Positions 1 to 9,235 of a stretch of DNA of 64,000 bases are shown one piece after another. The DNA is from an uncultured Thermoplasmata archaeon. Lineage in GTDB: Archaea > Thermoplasmatota > Thermoplasmata > RBG-16-68-12. The notes under the pieces are model-generated. The model had not been told where the DNA came from and made no database searches. It saw only the letters and a list, made by a program, of their open reading frames with translations. The position numbers and the translations under genes are program-made. Each line of letters opens with the position of its first letter. Within the stretch, counting starts at the first letter, position 1. The DNA lies in contig CAVYJM010000011.1 of NCBI GenBank assembly GCA_963768855.1, positions 224,001-288,000 of the forward strand. The letters run 5' to 3'.

Positions 1-898
1 GGGGCTGGAAGTCGTCCGTGTGGTCGAGTTCTCAAGCTGGTCCGACTACGACGAGTACCTGCAGGCGGGGCACACCTCGGACACCCGCTGGACTGGGTTG
101 CTTCGCCAGGGCGGACTCGTCGTCCCGCGGATGCACCGCGGCCGGCGGATGTCCCAGCTGTGGAAGCACGCCTTCACCCTCGCCTCGGAGCGCATCGAGA
201 CCGTCGTGCGGCGCGCCGGGCAGAAGGTCCTCACGGAGAAGGGCGTCGCGAAGCCGCGGGAGACGCTGCGTCATCTGTCGGTGGCCTACGGCCGGCACCT
301 CTTCCGACCGTATTATCTGGCCTGTGGGACGTCCGGTGCGGAACTTGACGTGGAGGCGGCGATGAGCGCGATCCTCGGAGGCCGGGTGGATCTCGAGCTC
401 GCGGGCTACGTGGCACGCGGCTACCTCTTCATGCTCATGGGCCTCCGCTCAGACCCTCGCTTCTGGGACAATCCCGACACGCGGGTGACCTTCCAGAACG
501 TCGCGTGCCTCGCACACTCCCTCGTGGACATGGCCGAGGCGTGCCGCCGTGCAGGGGATGATGCGACCGCCACGCGCCTCCTCCGGCTCCTGCGGGCGGC
601 CCTGATTGAGTTCGCCGAGGGGTTCGCGCGGTGGGGCTTTGGGGACCTGCAAGGCCTCGAAGGCTGGGAGACCACGGAGGAAGCGTGGTTCGAGTCTCTC
701 CAGTCCGAGGTCCCGGACCGTTCGGGCTACGACGTAGTGAAGCGTGCAACGCTCTTCGCCGTCGGAGAGCGCCTTCCCCGGAGCATCGACATTCCCACGC
801 CCCGTGCGGAGGCGGTGGTCGCGGACACAGGACATATCGCGGGGGAGGCCCACGGCCAGTGGGAGAACCCTGCGTGGTGCGAGCATCGGTCGTCCTGA
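1..898 (+). CDS. 5'-truncated protein, possibly glycoside hydrolase family 57-like (C-terminal part)
   Basis: Frame is open from the window start (GLEVVRVVEFSSWS...). SSWS and SDPRFWD segments resemble GH57 conserved regions. Lies directly upstream of alpha-glucan genes. Confidence 0.35.
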   Translation, partial: GLEVVRVVEFSSWSDYDEYLQAGHTSDTRWTGLLRQGGLVVPRMHRGRRMSQLWKHAFTLASERIETVVRRAGQKVLTEKGVAKPRETLRHLSVAYGRHLFRPYYLACGTSGAELDVEAAMSAILGGRVDLELAGYVARGYLFMLMGLRSDPRFWDNPDTRVTFQNVACLAHSLVDMAEACRRAGDDATATRLLRLLRAALIEFAEGFARWGFGDLQGLEGWETTEEAWFESLQSEVPDRSGYDVVKRATLFAVGERLPRSIDIPTPRAEAVVADTGHIAGEAHGQWENPAWCEHRSS

Positions 899-968
899 AG
901 GAGGGGGTGAGACCGCGAACCTGGCGCACCGGAATCTTCATCGGCGCTCAGCCGGCTTACGTCCTGGG

Positions 969-2114
969 ATGAAGGCCACCGTCCTCACCTGGGAATACCC
1001 GCCCAACATCTACGGCGGGGCCGGCGTCCATGCGAAATACATCACGGCTTCCCTGGCGAAGCTCATCGACGTAGAGGTACGGACGATCGAGGAGGGGCCG
1101 CCGCCAAACATCCCCGGCGTGCGCGTGCGACGCTACCGCCCGACCCTCCGTGGACTGGGGTCCCCCGACCCGCGGATTGCGAAGGCCCTCGAGATCTTCT
1201 CCCTCAACGCGAACATGGTGGCGGACCCGATTGATGCCGATGTGGTCCACACCCACACCTGGTATACGAACTTCGCGGGTGCCCTCGCCAAGCGCATCTA
1301 CGGCTGCCGACTCGTGGCCACCGTCCATTCCCTCGAGCCCTTGCGGCCCTGGAAGCGAGAGCAGCTCGGGGCGGGCTACGAACTGAGCTCGTGGATGGAG
1401 AAGGAAGGTCTCGAGGCGTGTGACGCCGTCGTGGCCGTGTCCCGGGAGATGAAACGGGACATCCTGAAGTGCTACGACATCCCCGCCTCTCGAGTCGCCG
1501 TGATTCACAACGGCGTCGATCCGCAGAAATACCACCCGCAGGATGGGAGCAGGACCGTCTCGAATTTCGGGATCCGGACGCCCTTCGTCTTGTTCGTCGG
1601 CAGGCTCTCCCGGCAGAAGGGGGTGTTCGACCTCCTGGAAGCCATGCACAGCGTGCCCGAGGATACGACCCTGGTCCTCGTGACCGGGAAGCCCGACACC
1701 CCCGCGATCGAGGAGGAGGTCCGGCGCGCCCTCTCGGGCGTGGGGCACGTGACCTGGATTCCGGAAATGCTCCAGGATCCCGATCTCGTGGGTCTTTACA
1801 ACGAGGCCGCCGTTTTCGTCTGTCCCTCGATCTACGAGCCGTTCGGTATCATCAATCTCGAGGCCATGGCGTGCGAGACGCCCGTGGTCGCGACGCGGGT
1901 GGGCGGCATCAAGGAGGTCGTCGTCGACAAGGAGACGGGGTTCCTCGTCCCTCCTGGAGACCCCGTGAAGCTCGGACGCGCGATCACGAGGTTGCTCGAA
2001 GACCCCCCGCTCGCCGCCCGAATGGGGAAGGAAGGCCGACGCCGCGTCCTGGAACACTTCACCTGGGACCGGATTGCGGCGAAGACCCTCGAGCTGTACC
2101 GGTCGCTGACGTGA
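969..2114 (+). CDS. glgA: GT4 glycosyltransferase, GlgA/GlgM-type (glycogen/alpha-maltose-1-phosphate synthase)
   Basis: MKATVLTWEYPPNIYGGAGVH, HTHTWYT, HSLEPLRPWKREQLG, CPSIYEPFGIINLEAMAC. ATG at 969 (ORF track start is too early). Confidence 0.85.
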   Translation: MKATVLTWEYPPNIYGGAGVHAKYITASLAKLIDVEVRTIEEGPPPNIPGVRVRRYRPTLRGLGSPDPRIAKALEIFSLNANMVADPIDADVVHTHTWYTNFAGALAKRIYGCRLVATVHSLEPLRPWKREQLGAGYELSSWMEKEGLEACDAVVAVSREMKRDILKCYDIPASRVAVIHNGVDPQKYHPQDGSRTVSNFGIRTPFVLFVGRLSRQKGVFDLLEAMHSVPEDTTLVLVTGKPDTPAIEEEVRRALSGVGHVTWIPEMLQDPDLVGLYNEAAVFVCPSIYEPFGIINLEAMACETPVVATRVGGIKEVVVDKETGFLVPPGDPVKLGRAITRLLEDPPLAARMGKEGRRRVLEHFTWDRIAAKTLELYRSLT

Positions 2115-3670
2115 TGCCGCCTCGGTTCGAGGACGCGGTGGGTATCCTCGAAGACGCCGTGCGGCGCTCGGCCGCCTTCCGTGTGTGGCTCCGTTCCCGC
2201 CGGTGGTGTGGCGAGACCGTCGGGATGCGCTCGGAACTGGTCGTGCGGGACTCCGCCCTGCTCGCTGCGTCGGGCACCGAGATGTTGGTGCTCATCCTCG
2301 TTCTCGCGAGGGAAGGCCCGTCCTCGGTCCTGCTCCATCTCCCGCTCTCGGTGGCTACCGCGCGGCTCGATCCCGAGGCCTTCGAGCTGTCGAGCGGAGC
2401 CGAGCGGTGGTACGTTGTGGAGGCGGAGCGGCGAGAGAGCTATGCGCGGTTCCTCACGGAGGGCCTGCGAAGGGGACTCCGGCTCCCCACGCGCGCGGGG
2501 GACAGCCTCCACTTTCGAGGGGAATCCGTCGGCGCCTTCCAATCCTTCGAGCCCGGGACCGAACGCGACAGCTCGAACCTCCTCGTCCATGTGGCCACCG
2601 CGGGCCTGGAGGTCGTGTTCAAGAGTTACAAGATCCTCGACCCCCAGAACCGGGAGCCTCGGATCCTGGAGCGTCTTCGCCGGCGAGGCTTCGCCCAAAC
2701 GCCGCGTTTCCTCGGCGAGGTCTCTCTGGGGCAAGGGGAGGCGCGCCTCGTCCTCGGGGTGGCGACGCAGAAGGTCGAGGCGGAGGATTTGTTCGCCTAT
2801 CTCGCCGGACGCTGGCGGGAGGAACTGGGACGGTCATCCCCGGTGCCAACCGACCTCGACCAGGTCACGCTGAGCCTTGCGGACGGGCTAGGCGAGGCGA
2901 CCGCGGCCCTCCACGACATCTTGGTTGATCGCAAGCCGGGCCCCTTCCAGGCGGAGCCCTTCACGCGGGAAGACGCCCAGGCGGCGTATCGCATCGCGGC
3001 ACGGAATCTCACGGATTCAGCCCGGCTCCTCGCGCGCCGGCACCAGGAGGGACGCGGGCTCCCGTCGGATCTGGCCTCCGAGTGCCGGGAGCTCCTCCTC
3101 GACCATCGGAAGGAGATCGAAGGGGTGCTTGGCTCTCTGGAAGCCTCTGTCGGCACGGTGAAGACCGTGACCCACGCGGACCTCCACCTCGGTCAGGTGC
3201 TTCGCTCGCGACAGGACGGATCCCTTTTCTACATCGACTTCGAAGGCGAGCCGGAGCGGTTGCCTGGCCAGCGCTCCGTGAGACTGCCGCCGCTCCGGGA
3301 TGTAGCCACGATGGCCCGTTCCTTCGCGTACGTGAAACACGGCGCATGGCGCGACTGCCTGGGGGGAGACCCTCGCGCCGCGTTGAAGGCCATGCGCCCG
3401 CACGATCTCTCCCCCGGACTGCGGGAGGTGCTGGGGCGACTGCAAGCATGGGAAGACGCCGCGGTCCGGCGTTTCTCGGGGCGATACCTCGCCCGCACCA
3501 GCCTGTATCCCGAGATCGACCAGGCCATGGCCCAGCGCATCATTTGGGGCTGGACGATGGAGAAAGCCCTCTACGAGCTCCGTTACGAGCTGAAGCACCG
3601 GCCCGCGAACTTCCTCATCCCGGTCGAAGGGATTCTGTCTCTCGCAGCCCCGCAGGTTCAATCACACTGA
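2114..3670 (+). CDS. Maltokinase (Mak/Pep2)-like phosphotransferase
   Basis: ATG overlaps the glgA stop (TGATG). Motifs SNLLV, HADLHLGQVL, DFEGEPER, LRDVATMARSF, EKALYELRYELKHRP. Confidence 0.75.
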   Translation: MPPRFEDAVGILEDAVRRSAAFRVWLRSRRWCGETVGMRSELVVRDSALLAASGTEMLVLILVLAREGPSSVLLHLPLSVATARLDPEAFELSSGAERWYVVEAERRESYARFLTEGLRRGLRLPTRAGDSLHFRGESVGAFQSFEPGTERDSSNLLVHVATAGLEVVFKSYKILDPQNREPRILERLRRRGFAQTPRFLGEVSLGQGEARLVLGVATQKVEAEDLFAYLAGRWREELGRSSPVPTDLDQVTLSLADGLGEATAALHDILVDRKPGPFQAEPFTREDAQAAYRIAARNLTDSARLLARRHQEGRGLPSDLASECRELLLDHRKEIEGVLGSLEASVGTVKTVTHADLHLGQVLRSRQDGSLFYIDFEGEPERLPGQRSVRLPPLRDVATMARSFAYVKHGAWRDCLGGDPRAALKAMRPHDLSPGLREVLGRLQAWEDAAVRRFSGRYLARTSLYPEIDQAMAQRIIWGWTMEKALYELRYELKHRPANFLIPVEGILSLAAPQVQSH

Positions 3671-4177
3671 GCTGGCGGGCGGTTCGAGTGGTCTTCCTTC
3701 CGACCCGGCGGCTCGCCCGTGCGTGCATCGAGGACGAGGTCGTTCGCCTGCGCAAGAGTATCACCGAACCCATCCGCCCGCTCATGATTGAGCAGGTCCG
3801 GGAGGGGATGGAAGGGGTTCGCATTCGTCGATTCCCGTCCCTGATGCGCGCCCGAAGTGCGGCTTCAAGTCTCAGGATGAGGCCATGCAACCTGCACACA
3901 TTTTGGAGAGCCAATCGGGATTGGGTCTTGGAGTGCCCACTCACCGCCGGGAGCACTCTCACACGAGGTCCTTTTTCCGGTAGCAGATAGGAAGGACCGC
4001 GGTAGCAGCCTCACACTAGATCGATTGTCCGGCAGCAGAGGGGCCCGGGGGCTATCCCGCCTCCACCCCGTTCCCCCTCGCTCTGAGCGGTCGGCAGGGC
4101 TTTGCCGGGACGGGTTCCGAGCGGCATGTGCGAAATCTTTGAATCCCCGCAGGTCGATGTCAGTCCGAGGTGGAGAG

Positions 4178-4651
4178 ATGCGGAAGGATGTCCTCGGAAT
4201 CGTCCTGATGCTTCTCGGCGCGGGCTACCTCATCGGAGCTGCGCTCAGCGTGGTTGGAAACACAGCTTTGGGCAATCCTATCCAAGACGGGTTCCTCTTC
4301 GAGTTGCTGGCGTGGGGGTTGGGCGGAGCCGCGGTGTTGGTTGTGGGACTCGTCGTGCTCCTTCGGAGTCTCCGGCGTCCCGTATCCCCGCAACCTCAAC
4401 CGATGCCGAGGATGGTCGGTCCGCCGTCGATGAACGAGTACAGGACTCCGTGGTCGGCGATTGCGTTCCTCCTCGTGCTCTTGCTCCTTGCCGCCCTGTA
4501 TCTGGTGTTGGTTTTCGTGTCCGCCGGGATAGCTGGGGTGTTGCTCCAGTTTGTCTTCTTCCTCCCCATCATCGCCGTCCTCCTCGTCCTTGCCCGCTGG
4601 TGGTCGAGGTTGGCGAGTCCCTGGAACGAACCTCCGACCTCCCTCCGGTGA
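4178..4651 (+). CDS. Hypothetical membrane protein (about 4 TM)
   Basis: MRKDVLGIVLMLLG... with hydrophobic stretches; GAGGTGGAGAG RBS before the ATG. Confidence 0.6.
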   Translation: MRKDVLGIVLMLLGAGYLIGAALSVVGNTALGNPIQDGFLFELLAWGLGGAAVLVVGLVVLLRSLRRPVSPQPQPMPRMVGPPSMNEYRTPWSAIAFLLVLLLLAALYLVLVFVSAGIAGVLLQFVFFLPIIAVLLVLARWWSRLASPWNEPPTSLR

Positions 4652-4658
4652 GGTGCGC

Positions 4659-5084
4659 ATGGAACCAAGGATTCCGTCTTGGCTTGCCCAAATTGTCAGC
4701 TTGGTCCTCATGCTCGTGGGATTCGGTCCCATGGCCGCCGGGGTCCTGTACCAAGTGATTTCCGGGGGTCCTCCCAACTTCGCCTTCTACCTGCCCTATG
4801 CTTCTGCCTTCGTCGCTGGGCTGGTCGTCTTGTTCTGGGACCGTCAGAGGCAACCGTCGGAACCGCATTCGACCGGGACGGCGTCAAGGGTCCTCTACTC
4901 CCGGATGACACTGGCCTTTCTCGGTCTTCTCGTCGTCGCTCTCGCCGTCGCTGTCGTATGGTCAACTGAACTTCAGGGGAGCATCGTATGGTACTTGCTC
5001 TCGGTGTTCGTAACCGCCGGGTTGTGGGGCTCCCTGTTCAGCGGGTGGGGCTGCTACAAGGCCGGCGGCCGTCTCCGCGCGTAG
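4659..5084 (+). CDS. Hypothetical membrane protein (about 4 TM)
   Basis: MEPRIPSWLAQIVSLVLML...; GAGGTG RBS; co-oriented with the previous gene. Confidence 0.6.
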   Translation: MEPRIPSWLAQIVSLVLMLVGFGPMAAGVLYQVISGGPPNFAFYLPYASAFVAGLVVLFWDRQRQPSEPHSTGTASRVLYSRMTLAFLGLLVVALAVAVVWSTELQGSIVWYLLSVFVTAGLWGSLFSGWGCYKAGGRLRA

Positions 5085-5493
5085 AGGTTCTTGGCCCCGC
5101 CTCGTTCTCGTGCCCAAGGGTCGGCCAGAAGGACTTGCCGCCGGCGAGTCGCCCAAGTTGCCTCTAGAATGCTCGCCAAGTCGCCTAGAAAGCCCTAGAA
5201 TCGGTCCGGACCGAAAAGCCATACCCAGGGGTGGATTTGTATTTCTTCAGCACACCCTTGGGAGCAGAGCCTACCGCTAGTTGGCACCCCGCCGGGAGCA
5301 CTCCTTTCGGGTTCTGGATCTGTGGGTTCCGGACCCACCCTGCGTCTCATCGACCCGGAGCCAGGTCCGTCGTCGTCCCGATCGCGAGCGGTCCGCGGAA
5401 GGCGACCGAGGGCGCTTCGGTGCAGCCGGCTTCCGCGTGAGGCCCGCAAAGACGCAAAGGACAAACCCCTCGCCGTACCTCTGGTGGCTGATC

Positions 5494-5649
5494 ATGCTGC
5501 ACCTCGCGGACCGGGACGGAAACGCATTCTGCGGAGCGACGGACGGCGCTCGCACGTTCGAGTACGAGCGAATCGACTGCCCGGATTGCATCCGGATGAT
5601 CCGGCAGGCCGAGCTGCAGGACCGTCGAGACGGAAGCGGTGGAGGATAG
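5494..5649 (+). CDS. Small putative Zn-binding protein (51 aa)
   Basis: MLHLADRDGNAFCG...IDCPDCIRMIR: H/C...CxxC spacing. Confidence 0.4.
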   Translation: MLHLADRDGNAFCGATDGARTFEYERIDCPDCIRMIRQAELQDRRDGSGGG

Positions 5650-5805
5650 ACCGAAACCCGTCGCATCCCACCCTGTTCGGGTCAATGGGGAGGGAGCGGG
5701 TACCCGCACAACGCGGTGGCCCATCTTGTTCGCGACCTTCTCTGGCCGCCCCTGGTTCCGAAACCTTTCAATCCTGACGACGTGGTGCAACCCTCGGCGG
5801 CAAGG

Positions 5806-6006
5806 ATGGTATCCTACAAGGTGGAGGTCGTGACGCCCACGGGATGGACATCGGCCCAGGTGATCACCAAACAGGTCCAGGCGAGGCTGGATGCGTTCGT
5901 GGCCGGAGGATGGCGTCTGTCGGGAATGGCAGGCCTCGCGGGGACCGGCGGATTTCTCGGAGGTGCGATGAACCCGTACCTGGTCCTGGTCTTCGAACAC
6001 GAATGA
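5806..6006 (+). CDS. Small DUF4177-like protein
   Basis: MVSYKVEVV...RLDAFVAGGWRL...YLVLVFE matches the YKV...LN.LG..GWEL...FxR pattern of DUF4177. Confidence 0.55.
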   Translation: MVSYKVEVVTPTGWTSAQVITKQVQARLDAFVAGGWRLSGMAGLAGTGGFLGGAMNPYLVLVFEHE

Positions 6007-6133
6007 CGGCCCGATGCGGGGGGAGGAGACCTCCTCCCTCTTCTCGACCCGAGGGCGACCGAGCCTCTACGATGAGGTCGTCCTGGCCGGGCGCGAGGAA
6101 GGTTCGCAGCGGCTCCAGCGACGGGTGCCGCGA

Positions 6134-6898
6134 TCAGCCCAGGCGTTGCGCGACGGCCATGGGGAGCGGGTCGTCCCGCCGCAGCGAGTGAAGTCCCGAT
6201 CCCTCGTCCGTGCTGTACGCCCCGACGAGGACCATCCCGGCGCGGGCGAGGAGCCTCCGGAGGACGGGCACGGAGAGGACGCGCGTGGAATACGTGTTCA
6301 CGAACGTCCGCCGGACGCGATCCCCGTCGAGCGCGAAGAAGCGGTTCTGGGCGGTGAGGAGGTGCCGCCGCGGGTCGAAGGCGAGATCGTAGAGCCAGAT
6401 GATCCGCATGGGGGCGTCGTGGTAGATCCAACCCGGGCCCTCCGTCTCCCGCTCCAGGGCCTGCGCGAATTCGAAGACGTACGCCCCACCCGGGCTCAGG
6501 TGCCGGCGGACCGTGCGGAGGTGTCCGAGCAGGTCTCGCTCCGTGAGGAGGTGCGTGAACGCCCCGTCCATGCAGACGGCTGCGTCGAACGTCCGTCCGA
6601 GATCGAAGCGTCGCATGTCCGCGCGAACGAACGTGAGGCTCGGGCGTCCGCGCGCTTTCGCCCGCGCGACTCGGAGCATGCCCGCGGAAGAATCGATTCC
6701 CGTGACTCGGTATCCGCGCGTCGCGAGGATGAGGGCGTGGTTTCCGGTGCCGCATCCGAGATCGAGTAGGGAAGCGGGTTGGCGAGGGAGGAATCTCGAG
6801 AAGACCGTCTGTAAGAGGGAGCACTCCGCAGGATAGTCGACGTCATCGTGGAGGACGTCGTAGTACTCCGCGATCCGATCGAAGAGGTTCCCCGTCAT
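6134..6898 (-). CDS. Class I SAM-dependent methyltransferase
   Basis: AEYYDVLH, LLDLGCGTGNH, VTGIDSS, ADMRRF. Confidence 0.85.
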   Translation of the reverse strand: MTGNLFDRIAEYYDVLHDDVDYPAECSLLQTVFSRFLPRQPASLLDLGCGTGNHALILATRGYRVTGIDSSAGMLRVARAKARGRPSLTFVRADMRRFDLGRTFDAAVCMDGAFTHLLTERDLLGHLRTVRRHLSPGGAYVFEFAQALERETEGPGWIYHDAPMRIIWLYDLAFDPRRHLLTAQNRFFALDGDRVRRTFVNTYSTRVLSVPVLRRLLARAGMVLVGAYSTDEGSGLHSLRRDDPLPMAVAQRLG

Positions 6899-7141
6899 GG
6901 CCGCTCGTCCGCCTGGCACGCCTTTCGCCGCGGACGGTCTCCCGGGCGGAGGCATGGCTCAGCAGGTTTTCAGGGTATCTTCGGGGGGAATCCTGATCGG
7001 AGCGTTCGTGATGCTGCTCCTCAAGCGCCGCAAGAGCGAGCCGGGGAGCGGGAACCCGCCCAAGGGGCGAGTCCCCCTGAGGGATCTGCCTCCCGGACTC
7101 AGGGCGAGGGTTCTTGCCCCGAGTGCCCTTTTCCTTCCCCG

Positions 7142-7918
7142 ATGCTCGCGCACGACGCGTTCGGACGGGAGGGCTCGCCCGCGGTTGCCCTCCTGCACGG
7201 CTGGCCCCTGGATCGGACGATGTGGTCCGAGGTCGCACCCCGCCTTGCGGATGCGGGCTTCCGCGTCCTGTGTCCCGATCTCTCCGCCTTCGGCCAGAGC
7301 CCCGCGCTCCCCGAGGATCGATGGACCGTCGAAGCTTACGCCGAGGAGGTCGCCGCCTTCCTGCACGGCGTCGGCGCAGGGCGAGTCGCGGTGGCCGCGC
7401 ACAGCTTCGGGGGGTACGTGGCCCTCGCCCTCGCGCATGCGGATCGGGACCTCATCGCAGGGCTCGGCCTCGTCTCCTCGCGGACCACGGCGGACACGGA
7501 GGCGGGCCGCGCCGGACGACTCGCGACGATCGAGAGAGTCCGAGCGCAGGGATCCCAGGCGCTCCTCCCGGACCTCGCGGGGAAGCTCCTGGCTCCCGCC
7601 GCCCCGGACGAGCTCCGGGTCCGGGCGACCCAGATGATTCAGGCCGCCCCCCCGCGGGCGGTCATCGCCGGACTCGCCGCGATGGCGGCGCGCCGGGACC
7701 GCACGGTCGTCCTGGAGTCCCTCCCGCGGCCCCTGCTCGTCCTGCACGGCGCCGCGGACCAGCTCATCCCGGTCGCGGAGGCCCCCAAGCCCTCGCGCCA
7801 GGCCGGCCCGCTTGACCGTATCATCCTCCCGGGGATCGGCCACATGCCGATGTGGGAGGCGCCTGCCAAGACGGCGGAGGCTCTGCAGGCCTGGGCCCGC
7901 TCCGCCCACGGTGTGTGA
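7142..7918 (+). CDS. Alpha/beta hydrolase
   Basis: LLHGWP, AHSFGG nucleophile elbow, HGAADQLIP, GHMPMWEAP. Confidence 0.85.
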   Translation: MLAHDAFGREGSPAVALLHGWPLDRTMWSEVAPRLADAGFRVLCPDLSAFGQSPALPEDRWTVEAYAEEVAAFLHGVGAGRVAVAAHSFGGYVALALAHADRDLIAGLGLVSSRTTADTEAGRAGRLATIERVRAQGSQALLPDLAGKLLAPAAPDELRVRATQMIQAAPPRAVIAGLAAMAARRDRTVVLESLPRPLLVLHGAADQLIPVAEAPKPSRQAGPLDRIILPGIGHMPMWEAPAKTAEALQAWARSAHGV

Positions 7919-8020
7919 GGCCGGCCGTCTCCCGGAACGGCGCGTTCGCCGTCGCTGCCTTCCGGATGCGGTCAATGGGCACGAAAGAGCTAAGCCCCCG
8001 CAGACCCCCTGCGTCGTTGG

Positions 8021-9208
8021 ATGCGCATCGCGATCCTCGGCGTCGGGGGACTCGGTCGCACCCTCGCTTCCGAGCTCCGGACCGATCCTCGGGTCAGCGG
8101 CCTGCTCCTCGCCGACCAGAGGGGTGAGCGCGCGCGGATTCTGACCGCGATCCGCGGACGCGTTCCGATCGAGGCGCGCCAGATCAACATCGAGGACACC
8201 GAGGCCGTCGTGCGCGCGGTCCGCGGCTACGACGCGATCGTCAACACGGCCCTGCCGAAGTACAACCTGTCCCTCATGGAGGCGGCCCTCCAGGTGGGGA
8301 CGGACTACCTGGACGTTTCCGCGGCGGGGCCGCGCGTGCGGGGTGGCAAGCCCGGGATCTTGGAGCAGCTCGACCTCGACGACCGGTTCAAGGCGGCGGG
8401 ACGGACTGCGCTCCTGTCGATGGGCGTCGATCCCGGCATATCGAACGTCCTGGCGCGGGACGCGGCGGACCACTTCGATACGATCGACAGCATCCGCGTC
8501 CGCACCGCGAGCCTCAACAAGGAGGGACGCGTCCAGCCGTTCCCCGTCTACTCCCGGGAGGCCTTCCTGGCCGACATCCTGATCCCACCGACCGTGTGGC
8601 TCGACGGGAGCCTGCAGGAGCGGGAGCCCCTGAGCGAGGAGGAGGAGTTCCCCTTCCCGCCGCCGGTCGGGCGCCAACGGGTCTTCATGGTGTCCCACGA
8701 GGAGACGAAGTCGCTCCCGCGGTTCCTCCGCAAGCCGGTCCGCCGAGTCGACTACAAGGTCGCCCTCGAACCGAACCTCGTCCGCGCCCTGATCGCGCTG
8801 GACCACCTCGGCCTCCTCGAGGACTCCCGCATGATCCGCGTGGGGGAGCAGATGGTCCCCTTCCGCCGCACGCTCCTCGCCGCCTTCCCGGAGACCTCGG
8901 CCCTCCTCCTCCCGCTCGATGGCCTCGAGGCCCTCGCCGTCGAGGTCGAGGGCACGCGCGGCAGCGATCGCCTCGTGCGGCGCGGGGACATCGTCTTCTC
9001 GCATCAGGAGGCGAACCGTCGGCGTAGCACGACGGCGGTGTACTACCTCACCGCCGTGGGCGCGGCGATCGGCCTCGAGCTCCTCGGCGAGAAGGCCGCG
9101 GGAGGACCCGGCGTCGTCACCCCGGAGGCGCTGGACCCGGCCCGCGTCTGGAAGGAGTGGTCGGCGAGGCAGCTGCCGCTCGTCTGGTCGGAGAGACCCG
9201 CGGCCTAG
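8021..9208 (+). CDS. Saccharopine dehydrogenase / carboxyspermidine dehydrogenase family oxidoreductase
   Basis: ILGVGGLG Rossmann motif, YLDVSA, MGVDPGISNVLA, HEETKSLP. Confidence 0.8.
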   Translation: MRIAILGVGGLGRTLASELRTDPRVSGLLLADQRGERARILTAIRGRVPIEARQINIEDTEAVVRAVRGYDAIVNTALPKYNLSLMEAALQVGTDYLDVSAAGPRVRGGKPGILEQLDLDDRFKAAGRTALLSMGVDPGISNVLARDAADHFDTIDSIRVRTASLNKEGRVQPFPVYSREAFLADILIPPTVWLDGSLQEREPLSEEEEFPFPPPVGRQRVFMVSHEETKSLPRFLRKPVRRVDYKVALEPNLVRALIALDHLGLLEDSRMIRVGEQMVPFRRTLLAAFPETSALLLPLDGLEALAVEVEGTRGSDRLVRRGDIVFSHQEANRRRSTTAVYYLTAVGAAIGLELLGEKAAGGPGVVTPEALDPARVWKEWSARQLPLVWSERPAA

Positions 9209-9235
9209 CCGAGGGCGGACGCATCCTCGAGGGGC

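Noticed and set aside
5148-5200. CRISPR array
   Set aside because: Repeats are short and degenerate, with no unique spacers and no cas genes; no CRISPR array was seen anywhere in the window.
6959-9004. 681-aa minus-strand ORF, and similar long ORFs at 9263-10786, 48721-50796, 58088-60769 and 61053-62459
   Set aside because: Antisense shadows of well-supported genes in high-GC sequence; Arg/Gly/Pro-rich with no motifs.
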